A stretch of DNA of 32,000 bases from Candidatus Hadarchaeales archaeon (lineage in GTDB: Archaea; Hadarchaeota; Hadarchaeia; Hadarchaeales; Hadarchaeaceae): the NCBI GenBank assembly GCA_038823825.1, contig JAWBCC010000003.1:90001-122000 (forward strand), written 5' to 3'. Below the pieces are notes generated by a model. It made no database searches and was not told the DNA's origin. It saw nothing but the letters and a program-made list of their open reading frames with translations. Of the stretch, positions 17,676 through 24,944 are shown piece after piece; the first letter of the stretch is position 1; each line of letters begins with the position of its first letter. The position numbers and the translations under genes were made by a program.

Positions 17676-18406
17676 CCTTTCTAACGGCGAGATGGAGACG
17701 AGGAGAAACAACTCTGCTCATTAAGGCTAAATCCAAAGAAGCGATTCTTGCAGCCATTGAGGCGGCTAAGCAAGCTAGATTCGAAATAGAAGGATACGTT
17801 CTGCGTTATCCCGAGTTCAGATATTCTCTCCATCCGCTGAAAATTAGGGACCCTGAGAAGCCAAAGGTGGTTTCTCTTATGTTGAGAGCAGCTGAAATCG
17901 CAGGTGTCGGACCTTTTGCAGCGGTAGCAGGAGCTATCGCTCAGGTTGCTTCCGTAGCAGCTTCCGAGGTGGGTGGGGCTATTGTTGAGAACGGTGGAGA
18001 CATCTCGGCGTCCGGAAAATTCGATTTTTCGGTCGGAATCTTCGCCGGGGATTCTCCACTTTCGGGTACCATCGGCTTCAGGATAACAAGTGGAGATCTC
18101 CCAATCGGCATATGCACGAGTTCCGGAACCGTTGGTCATTCTATAAGTTTTGGTGTGGCAGACGCAGTTGTAGTAGTAGCAGACGAAGCCTCGGTTGCAG
18201 ATGCGGCAGCAACTGCAATAGCAAATGAGGTGACAGGAGAAGACATCGAACAATCTATAAAAAATGGCTTGGAAAAAGCCGACGAGATAGACGAAGTAAG
18301 AGGGTGTCTAATAATTCGCGGAAAAATGGCTGGAATGAAAGGAAAGCTTCCCAAGCTTATTCCGACCGAAAGAAAAAGTGTTTTAAAAGAAATAGATTGG
18401 GTCTAA
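17669..18406 (+). CDS. UPF0280 family protein; GTG start at 17669 overlapping the ferredoxin stop
   Basis: 'SLHPLKIRDPEKPKVVSLMLRAAEIAGVGPFAAVAGAIAQVA...GGAIVENGGDISASG...GTVGHSISFGVADAVVVVADEASVADAAATAIANEVTG' is characteristic of the UPF0280/ApbE-like family. Confidence 0.85.
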   Translation: MVTFLTARWRRGETTLLIKAKSKEAILAAIEAAKQARFEIEGYVLRYPEFRYSLHPLKIRDPEKPKVVSLMLRAAEIAGVGPFAAVAGAIAQVASVAASEVGGAIVENGGDISASGKFDFSVGIFAGDSPLSGTIGFRITSGDLPIGICTSSGTVGHSISFGVADAVVVVADEASVADAAATAIANEVTGEDIEQSIKNGLEKADEIDEVRGCLIIRGKMAGMKGKLPKLIPTERKSVLKEIDWV

Positions 18407-18409
18407 TCG

Positions 18410-18892
18410 GTGAATCAATTGGAAAACCGAAAATATCTTTTGATTTTTGTAGCCCTCGTCTTGGCAGGCTTATTGTGCTATTTCATTTTCAGGATTGGGC
18501 GCTCTAAAACTTCCGAAAATTTCCCAAGCTTTGTGGAAAGAATAGTAATAGTCAAAAGGGTGATCGACGGGGACACAATTGAATTAAACAACGGTGAGAG
18601 GGTAAGGCTTGTCGGAATAAACGCTCCAGAGCTTTACCACGATCCTCCTGAGCCCGGGGCGTTAGAGGCTAAAGAATTCTTAGAAAACCTGTGTCCTCCT
18701 GGGTCAACAGTAGGTCTGAACGTTGACGACATGAAACCACATGATTTCTACGGCAGAACTCTGGCGGTCGTCTATGTGCTAGTGGATGGAAAATGGATAA
18801 ACGCGAATGCGGAGCTGCTTAAGCACGGTTTTGCTGAAATTTTATTCATTCCACCATCGGAGTTCAACCCATGGGAGTGGCTAGAGGATTAA
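18410..18892 (+). CDS. Membrane-anchored thermonuclease/SNase-like nuclease
   Basis: N-terminal hydrophobic 'YLLIFVALVLAGLLCYFIF'; 'VKRVIDGDTIELNNGERVRLVGINAPEL', 'DFYGRTLAVVYVLVDGKWINAELLKHGFA'-type SNase pattern. Confidence 0.88.
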   Translation: MNQLENRKYLLIFVALVLAGLLCYFIFRIGRSKTSENFPSFVERIVIVKRVIDGDTIELNNGERVRLVGINAPELYHDPPEPGALEAKEFLENLCPPGSTVGLNVDDMKPHDFYGRTLAVVYVLVDGKWINANAELLKHGFAEILFIPPSEFNPWEWLED

Positions 18893-19770
18893 AAAATTGT
18901 GCCTGCCATGAAAGAGAGCAGACCGAAAAACATCCCGAGTTTACAATAGTTTGAGGCCATCGCTGCAGATTTCTTTGTTTGGGCTTTCACAATTTCACCT
19001 ATGGCCGTGATGAAAGCGAACAACGACATCGGTAAAAAGAGAACGTAACCTGTTCTCAATATGCCGCAAACAAGCGGTAAGGGAGACAAGCAGATGGCAA
19101 CAAGAACAAATATACTGGCAACGGCCGCACCAGTTCTTTTACCATATCTTATTGGAAATGTTTCTAATCCCAGTCTTTTATCTCCCTCGAAATCCTGGAT
19201 GGATTTTATGATTTCCCTTCCAACAGTCGAGAAGAAAGATAGAAGAACAAGCAAAAGCAAGGACGCCGGTAGAAACTCTTGTCTGAAAGGATAGAGTGCA
19301 ATCCCGCCGAAAAGAAATGTGGATCCAACGAGATATCCGATCGTAATGTTGCCTGGCAATCCGGTTCGCTTGAGTCGGGCCGAGTATGCTACAAGCATGA
19401 GAGCGTTGAATCCGGCTAAAAGCAAGCATGGCATGTTTCTCATGAGCGTGGCGGTCGCAAATCCAGTGAGAAATAGAATCTTGGAGATTTTAACAGCTTC
19501 AGCCGGCTTTATTTTTCCAGAAGGTATTGGTCTATCCGGCCTGTTGATCTTGTCGATCTTCCTGTCGAAGAAATCGTTGATGGCGTTTCCGCCTCCCGAA
19601 ATCATAAACGCGGTCAAAAAGGCGAGCAGGTAGAAATACCAGTCTGCTTTACCTCCGGCTACAAAAGCTCCGATGATGACAGCTATGCCCGCCAGCAGAC
19701 AGTTCAGCGGTCGTATGAGCTTCAAGCCAGCAGATAGTTTCTCGATTTTTGACGGAATATGTTCACCCAC
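18889..19770 (-). CDS. UbiA-family prenyltransferase, (S)-2,3-di-O-geranylgeranylglyceryl phosphate synthase-like
   Basis: 'LIRPLNCLLAGIAVIIGAFVAGG', 'GGGNAINDFFDRKIDKINRPDRPIPSGKI', 'REIIKSIQDFEGDKRLGLETFPIRYG'. Confidence 0.9.
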   Translation of the reverse strand: MGEHIPSKIEKLSAGLKLIRPLNCLLAGIAVIIGAFVAGGKADWYFYLLAFLTAFMISGGGNAINDFFDRKIDKINRPDRPIPSGKIKPAEAVKISKILFLTGFATATLMRNMPCLLLAGFNALMLVAYSARLKRTGLPGNITIGYLVGSTFLFGGIALYPFRQEFLPASLLLLVLLSFFSTVGREIIKSIQDFEGDKRLGLETFPIRYGKRTGAAVASIFVLVAICLSPLPLVCGILRTGYVLFLPMSLFAFITAIGEIVKAQTKKSAAMASNYCKLGMFFGLLSFMAGTIF

Positions 19771-19822
19771 CCCTCTCTCCCCGCAAATAACTTAAGAGTT
19801 ATCCCGGAGCTTCTACCAGACG

Positions 19823-20872
19823 ATGAACGAAATTACTCTGGAAGACTCTATTATGAAGCTCGTCGAGGAAATAAGATTCTACGAGATCAGAAGGATGAAG
19901 CTTATCAAGAAAATTCTGGAGAAAAATGTTTTCTCCAAGCTGAAAATGAGGATACAAAAGTTGACCATGGACGAAATTTCTGTTTGTGGAGTGGACGGAG
20001 GAATGTTGCAGTTGCAGTTGAACGGTTTAGATGTTGTCGCGATCAGAGCTGTGGCCGTCGTTTTTCATTATCTAGCAGGTAGACTGGCTTCGGTTGAATA
20101 TTTTCCTTCAGGTCCAGCCCCAATTCATTTCTTTTTGGTCAAGGAGCCGTTAGACAAAGTTAAGACGGACTCATTGGCAGGCATGAGAAGACAAATACTA
20201 GAAGTTTCTAGGGCTAGAGAAGTGATAGGGAAAGGGGCAGCGCAACTCGTTTTGTTAGATGGATCGATTCTTCCGCAATATGTAGAGAGATTTCAGGATT
20301 GCAGGGAGTACGCCGAGCAATATGACGAGCTTATAACCTCATATAGAAGGCTTTTCGAGGAAGCAGAAAGCAAGGGCGTTTTGTTGGCCGGCCTTGTGAA
20401 GGATAGCAGGGGAAAGAGATTTTGTCAAATGCTTGCAGAGTTAGCAGAGTTGGACGGAGAAGATAAAGACTTTCTTCTCAGCTACCGCGATATCGCTATT
20501 CTCGATGAAATCTTATCCGAGAAAGAGCGTACGATCGCTTTCCCTTACACCGAGGAATTTCCTCCGCAAACCTTGGGAGGTCTTGAGGATTTCGGTAGAA
20601 AAGTTAACGTATTCTATGCGAGGATGTCGCAGTTTGATGTGCCGTTTCGTGTTGAGTTTTTAGCAACCAGGAATTCTGAAGAAGTTGCGGATGAACTCTC
20701 CTCGATCTTGGAATTCCTCTTTTCTTTCGGTTTTGGGTTTTCGATTCCACCCGTCCTGGTGGAGGCAGATTTCAGAGCGAGATTAAGAGAGGAGGCGGAA
20801 TGGATCCAAGAAAGGGTTTTCGATGTTATTGGTCCAAGATTCTTGACGAGGCGGGATCGGAGACCTCTGTGA
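19823..20872 (+). CDS. nurA: NurA-like 5'-3' nuclease
   Basis: 'ICVCGVDGG'-type acidic motif ('ISVCGVDGGMLQLQL'), 'LVLLDGSIL', 'FPYTEEFPPQTLGG', 'PVLVEADFRARL'; immediately upstream of a HerA-like ATPase. Confidence 0.85.
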   Translation: MNEITLEDSIMKLVEEIRFYEIRRMKLIKKILEKNVFSKLKMRIQKLTMDEISVCGVDGGMLQLQLNGLDVVAIRAVAVVFHYLAGRLASVEYFPSGPAPIHFFLVKEPLDKVKTDSLAGMRRQILEVSRAREVIGKGAAQLVLLDGSILPQYVERFQDCREYAEQYDELITSYRRLFEEAESKGVLLAGLVKDSRGKRFCQMLAELAELDGEDKDFLLSYRDIAILDEILSEKERTIAFPYTEEFPPQTLGGLEDFGRKVNVFYARMSQFDVPFRVEFLATRNSEEVADELSSILEFLFSFGFGFSIPPVLVEADFRARLREEAEWIQERVFDVIGPRFLTRRDRRPL

Positions 20873-20881
20873 GGTGGTCTG

Positions 20882-22438
20882 GTGGAGCTAGGTACTGTCA
20901 TCGCTACGCCCGATGGGCCCACTCCCAGAAAATTCTGCTTTGTGGTAAAAGAAGGAGTTGTGGTTGGACTAAACAAGTTTGTGAAAGTAGAAGTCGACGG
21001 AAACTGGGCTTACGGTTATGTCAAGAACGTTGTGAGAATGAACAGGTATTTCCAAAAGACCGATGCTGTGTGGGAATATGAAAGAGGGGGAGGATTGAGC
21101 GCGGCTTTTCCGACGAGCATGTGGGAATATTCCATCGCAGAGGTTTGGGTTTTTGGATATTTGAAAGAGGGTTTTCTCAGAAGACCCTCCTTGCCACCAT
21201 CGCCAGGCAAAGTTGTTTTCGATTTAACGGATGAAGAACTTAGATTTGTGCTCGGTTTAGACGAAGATGGATTAGAAATTGGGGAACTCGAGGAGCAAAA
21301 TCTCCTAGTTAGACTTAACCCAACTCGTCTTTTACAGAAACATCTCGCCGTGCTCGCGATGTCCGGTGCAGGAAAAAGTAACTGCGCAAAGGTGATTGTG
21401 GAGGAGCTTTTGAAGAGAAACCCGGAGAGAGGGAGGCCAGCAGTTCTGATATTTGACGTTCACGGGGAATATTCTGATCTGGTTCGAAGTTTTCCCGGAC
21501 AGGTTGTTGAGGTTAAGGCAGAGAACATTAAAATAAATACTTCTGAGCTGACGGTTTGGCATTTCCGAGAATTCATTCCAGAAATGACTGGCAGCCAAGC
21601 CAGAGAGCTCGCTCAAATACTCGATGATCTCAAATCGAAGAAAGGATTTTTCGAGATCTGGGACATCATAAATCGTCTACGGGAGTTGGAAGGATTAAAC
21701 AAGAATCTGAGAGGGGCGTTGGAAGGATGGCTTTTTGACTTACAATCTCTTGGTATTTTCGGCAGAGAAGACTGTCCTAGATGGGACTCGCTGATTTTTC
21801 CAGGACGCGCAGTTGTGGTGAACATGGAAAGGATGACGAGTCTGACGAAGAAGCAGATTCTGCTGACATACATTGTTAACAGGATTTTCCATCTGCGGAG
21901 GAGAGGACTAGTCCCACCGATAGTTCTGGTGATCGAAGAAGCACACACTTTTGCCCCAACGGAAGCAGCGATTTCTAAACATGTTCTGGAGACGGTCGCA
22001 AGGGAAGGAAGAAAATTCCACATTTCGCTCGTTGTCATTTCCCAGCGACCTGTTAGGCTTTCGACCACGTTGCTCTCGCAAACGAACACGAATATAATCT
22101 TAAGGATAACGAATCCATATGATCTTGAACACATAAAGAAATCTTCCGAAATGGTGACCGGGGAGGTGGCAGAATCTATATCTAGTTTAGCTGTTGGTGA
22201 AGCACTTGTCGTTGGAGAAGCCGTGAACGTTCCAATCTTCGTTAGAATCAGGCGAGTATCATCACCCATCTCCTTTGAATTTAGCTTGGAAGAAGCAGCA
22301 AGACTTTACGAGCTTTCGCTTTCCGTCGGAATTGAGAGAACTGCGAAAGAAGAGCACTCATCGAGCCTTAGTATGACATCTGACGGAAGCACCTGTTCCT
22401 CCGCATACTCGTCCAGAACCGGTGAGAGATCGACATGA
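20882..22438 (+). CDS. herA: HerA-family bipolar DNA helicase / DUF87 ATPase
   Basis: HAS-barrel-like N-terminus 'GTVIATPDGPTPRKFCFVV', Walker A 'LAMSGAGKSNCAKVIVEELL', 'AVLIFDVHGEYSDLV', 'IVLVIEEAHTFAP', 'REGRKFHISLVVISQRPVRLS'. Confidence 0.9.
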   Translation: MELGTVIATPDGPTPRKFCFVVKEGVVVGLNKFVKVEVDGNWAYGYVKNVVRMNRYFQKTDAVWEYERGGGLSAAFPTSMWEYSIAEVWVFGYLKEGFLRRPSLPPSPGKVVFDLTDEELRFVLGLDEDGLEIGELEEQNLLVRLNPTRLLQKHLAVLAMSGAGKSNCAKVIVEELLKRNPERGRPAVLIFDVHGEYSDLVRSFPGQVVEVKAENIKINTSELTVWHFREFIPEMTGSQARELAQILDDLKSKKGFFEIWDIINRLRELEGLNKNLRGALEGWLFDLQSLGIFGREDCPRWDSLIFPGRAVVVNMERMTSLTKKQILLTYIVNRIFHLRRRGLVPPIVLVIEEAHTFAPTEAAISKHVLETVAREGRKFHISLVVISQRPVRLSTTLLSQTNTNIILRITNPYDLEHIKKSSEMVTGEVAESISSLAVGEALVVGEAVNVPIFVRIRRVSSPISFEFSLEEAARLYELSLSVGIERTAKEEHSSSLSMTSDGSTCSSAYSSRTGERST

Positions 22439-22959
22439 AAGAAATTGAGAGTGATGCAGCTCTCGATCGGTTCTTGAGTGCAAGGAAGGGAGCCGGTTGT
22501 CCGAAAACGCCTATACTGCTGAACGGCTCTGCGGAGTAATTGATGTTCGCCTTTTAAGAATTCCTTCCCTACGAGTTTTGCATTTAGACCCTCCAAAATT
22601 TCGGAGCAGAGCTCTTCCTCAATGGAAACGACCGGAAATCCTAAATGAGAAGCTAATAAAATCGTTCTGAGATCCGTAAGAGATATTTCTCGTTCCTCGA
22701 GGAAAAGCAATCTTCTGGCCAGCTCGTCCAAGATCTCTGGCAGATAAAGGGCGAAGATTTCGCCGTTTCGCAAAAGCTGGTTTACAAATGTATATTTTAT
22801 GACGTGCTTTCTTACTTGAATCAGTTTATCTCTGGCCAGCCAAGAATACGTAACTGAAGGTATGAAAAGGTCTCCATCTAGGAGAAGACGTACCCTTCTG
22901 AAATTCTGGAAAGAAGAGAGAATCCCAACATCGCAGACAGCTCCGTATCTAAACATCAA
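22306..22959 (-). CDS. Hypothetical protein with possible PIN-like fold, convergent and overlapping with the herA 3' end by 133 nt
   Basis: 'GAVCDVGILSSFQNFRRVRLLLDGDLFIPSVTYSWL' and 'LTDLRTILLASHLGFPVVSIEEEL' resemble PIN-domain N-terminal and D-x3-A-x2-L..pvVT patterns, but similarity is weak. Confidence 0.55.
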   Translation of the reverse strand: MMFRYGAVCDVGILSSFQNFRRVRLLLDGDLFIPSVTYSWLARDKLIQVRKHVIKYTFVNQLLRNGEIFALYLPEILDELARRLLFLEEREISLTDLRTILLASHLGFPVVSIEEELCSEILEGLNAKLVGKEFLKGEHQLLRRAVQQYRRFRTTGSLPCTQEPIESCITLNFFHVDLSPVLDEYAEEQVLPSDVILRLDECSSFAVLSIPTESESS

Positions 22960-22997
22960 CTGGCTTTTAAAACGAGGAGGTTAAATAATCCGAACAT

Positions 22998-23924
22998 TTA
23001 AAAATCAAGTCTTATTTTCTGGTTTTTTATGAACTTCAGAACCTCCTCGAGTGTTGGCATGGAGGGCATTGCTCCGATTTTTGTCACAACCAAGCTTCCC
23101 ACCGCGTTGGCGAAGATGGCAGTTTTTCTCACATCCCATCCTTTCAGAGTTCCATAAATAGCGCCTCCCATAAATCCATCTCCTGCTCCAGTTCTATCTA
23201 CCACTTCAACGTCGGGCACACCCAGATATCCTCTTTGATCCCCCTCCGCGTAGTAACATCCTTTTGGACCCAGTGTGAGGAAAACCCTCCTCGCGTATCT
23301 TAAAACCTTGTTGACCCCTCTCTCTATGTCTTCCCCAAAAAGAAAGCGTAACTCTTCGTCATTCATTTTGACAATATCAGCCATCATAAGACCTTGCACG
23401 ATCATCCTCTTTGCCTTAGTTTCGCTATCCCACAAGTTCAGCCTGAGATTAGGGTCAAAGGAAATTATCGCCCTGTTTTTCCTTGCGACTTCTATGGCTT
23501 TCAAAGTTGCACTCCTTGAGGGTTCACAAATCATAGAAATGCTGCCAAAATGGAAAATCCTGCAGCCCGCGAGCTTTTCTCTGTCGATTTCCGATGGTTT
23601 GAGATTCGCATCAGCGCCTCTTCTAAACTCAAACCTCCGCTCCCCCGTTTCATCAACGAAGACGAATGCTAGAGTAGTCCCGATTTTATCTTTCAAGATT
23701 CCATCGACATCGACTCCAGCTTCGCTCATAGTTTTTATCAAAAATCTTCCAAATTGGTCATCTCCAACCTTCCCGATGAATGCGGTTTTTAGTCCGAGTC
23801 TTGCACACGCAACGGCAACGTTTGCTGGGGCACCTCCTGCACAACAGGTGAAAGTCTTACCTCCATCCTTCGAAATCATATCCACCAAAAGTTCTCCCAA
23901 GCATATGACGTCAAGACGCTTCAT
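22998..23924 (-). CDS. PfkB-family carbohydrate kinase (fructokinase-like)
   Basis: 'VICLGELLVDMI', 'CCAGGAPANVAVACARLG', 'FIGKVGDDQFGRFL', 'VVDRTGAGDGFMGGAIY'. Confidence 0.92.
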   Translation of the reverse strand: MKRLDVICLGELLVDMISKDGGKTFTCCAGGAPANVAVACARLGLKTAFIGKVGDDQFGRFLIKTMSEAGVDVDGILKDKIGTTLAFVFVDETGERRFEFRRGADANLKPSEIDREKLAGCRIFHFGSISMICEPSRSATLKAIEVARKNRAIISFDPNLRLNLWDSETKAKRMIVQGLMMADIVKMNDEELRFLFGEDIERGVNKVLRYARRVFLTLGPKGCYYAEGDQRGYLGVPDVEVVDRTGAGDGFMGGAIYGTLKGWDVRKTAIFANAVGSLVVTKIGAMPSMPTLEEVLKFIKNQKIRLDF

Positions 23925-24116
23925 CTTTTCTCCTTCAAAGGCTGCCTTTTTATTTCTTCCCTATAAACCCATCAAAACAAAGAGTGAAAGCGGAGCATTA
24001 AGAGTATTACCTTTTAAGAGTAATCCCCATACCGCCGGCTTCAATGATTCGCCGTAGGGGTAAAAATAAATTGCATATATATGGGAGTTTCACCCAATTT
24101 CTTCAGGGTGAATGGA

Positions 24117-24536
24117 ATGCAAATCAGAGTAAATCTCACATACATCTCGGCGGAAAGATTGATGGAGCCCGGGGAGACCGGTCCGCCTCAGGTACAGATC
24201 TCCACGAATGTGAATATCATCGGTGCTGAATTTAAACGAGAAAACTTGGTAATCCCCTTTATAGTGACCATAAACTATTCCCCTTCTATTGCTCAGATAA
24301 GCATGAAAGGTCAAGCATTTATCTCGGGTGAACCGGACGAACTGAAAAAGATAGAGACTGGATATAAGGGAAAATCCCCACCATCTCCGCAAATACTACA
24401 AGCCATAACGAGTGCATCCTTGATCGAAGCGACAATCATTTCAAGATCCCTAAACATACCCCCACCACTTCCTCTGCCTTCCATCTCTCAGCAGATGAAA
24501 TCCGAGGATAAGGAGAAACCGTCCTATGTTGGTTGA
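24117..24536 (+). CDS. Conserved hypothetical protein (predicted beta-rich); start ATG 24117 preferred over 24081
   Basis: ORF 24081-24536; TATA-like sequence (catatatatg) overlaps the 24081 ATG, and a purine-rich region precedes ATG 24117 (MQIRVNLTYISAERL...). Confidence 0.6.
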   Translation: MQIRVNLTYISAERLMEPGETGPPQVQISTNVNIIGAEFKRENLVIPFIVTINYSPSIAQISMKGQAFISGEPDELKKIETGYKGKSPPSPQILQAITSASLIEATIISRSLNIPPPLPLPSISQQMKSEDKEKPSYVG

Positions 24537-24666
24537 GGGTTCCTGTAGGTTGGACCCGGCAAACTGGCTCCCGGCCGCCATGCCCTGCAGGAGCTCTGGA
24601 GTCTCTCCAGCCATGGCTGCAGGTCCACCAGCCGGGACCAGGTCGATAGGTCCGTTCCAAGATAGG
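24523..24666. ncRNA. Candidate structured RNA/cis-regulatory element: nested inverted repeats directly upstream of a MoaD/ThiS-like gene; strand unresolved
   Basis: Outer stem cctatgttgg 24523-24532 / ccaagatagg 24657-24666 (9 of 10 paired); middle stem ctggctcccggc 24564-24575 / gccgggaccag 24631-24641 (11 bp, one bulge); inner cctgcag 24584-24590 / ctgcagg 24617-24623 (7 bp) and ctggag 24596-24601 / ctccag 24605-24610 (6 bp); strongly GC-rich versus its surroundings. Confidence 0.5.
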
Positions 24667-24674
24667 TAGATTAA

Positions 24675-24944
24675 ATGGAAGTAGTGGTGAGACTTCATCC
24701 AAGCCTCAAATCCGAAATAGGAACATGCGAGGTCAGAGTGCAGATATCAGATTATGAGACAATTGATACGCTTATGATGAAAATAAGTCGCAGATATCCG
24801 AAGCTCCTAGAAATGGTTATCGATCCAACTACGGGTGACATAAGAACAGACTTCGAGATTTTATTAAACGGCCGGAGGATAAAAGATATCCATACAAAGC
24901 TAAAGCACAAGGACGAGATTTCTGTAAATCCGGTTCAAACTTAA
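24675..24944 (+). CDS. MoaD/ThiS-like beta-grasp (ubiquitin-like) protein lacking a C-terminal GG
   Basis: 'VVVRLHPSLKSEIG...TIDTLMMKISRRYPKLLEMVIDPTTGDIRTDFEILLNGRRIKDIHTKLKHKDEISVNPVQT' follows the MoaD pattern (iLvNGrxi...L.dgDevsl.PpvaGG) but ends NPVQT. Confidence 0.75.
   Translation: MEVVVRLHPSLKSEIGTCEVRVQISDYETIDTLMMKISRRYPKLLEMVIDPTTGDIRTDFEILLNGRRIKDIHTKLKHKDEISVNPVQT

Noticed and set aside
22018-22269. Antisense ORF (21613-22269 -) within herA as an additional gene.
   Set aside because: It is Ser/Thr-rich shadow translation of the conserved HerA ATPase motifs.
24567-24582. GCTCCCGGCCGCCATG matches, from memory, part of a common T-vector polylinker, raising the idea of cloning-vector contamination.
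   Set aside because: The match appears limited to about 16 nt, the flanks diverge, and the stretch takes part in nested stems whose arms extend into unrelated native sequence. VecScreen would settle this; a longer vector match would revive it.
24436-24702. Minus-strand ORFs 24436-24702 and 24450-24698 across the 24523-24666 element.
   Set aside because: They overlap two plus-strand genes and the palindromic region; the composition looks like translated structured RNA, not protein.
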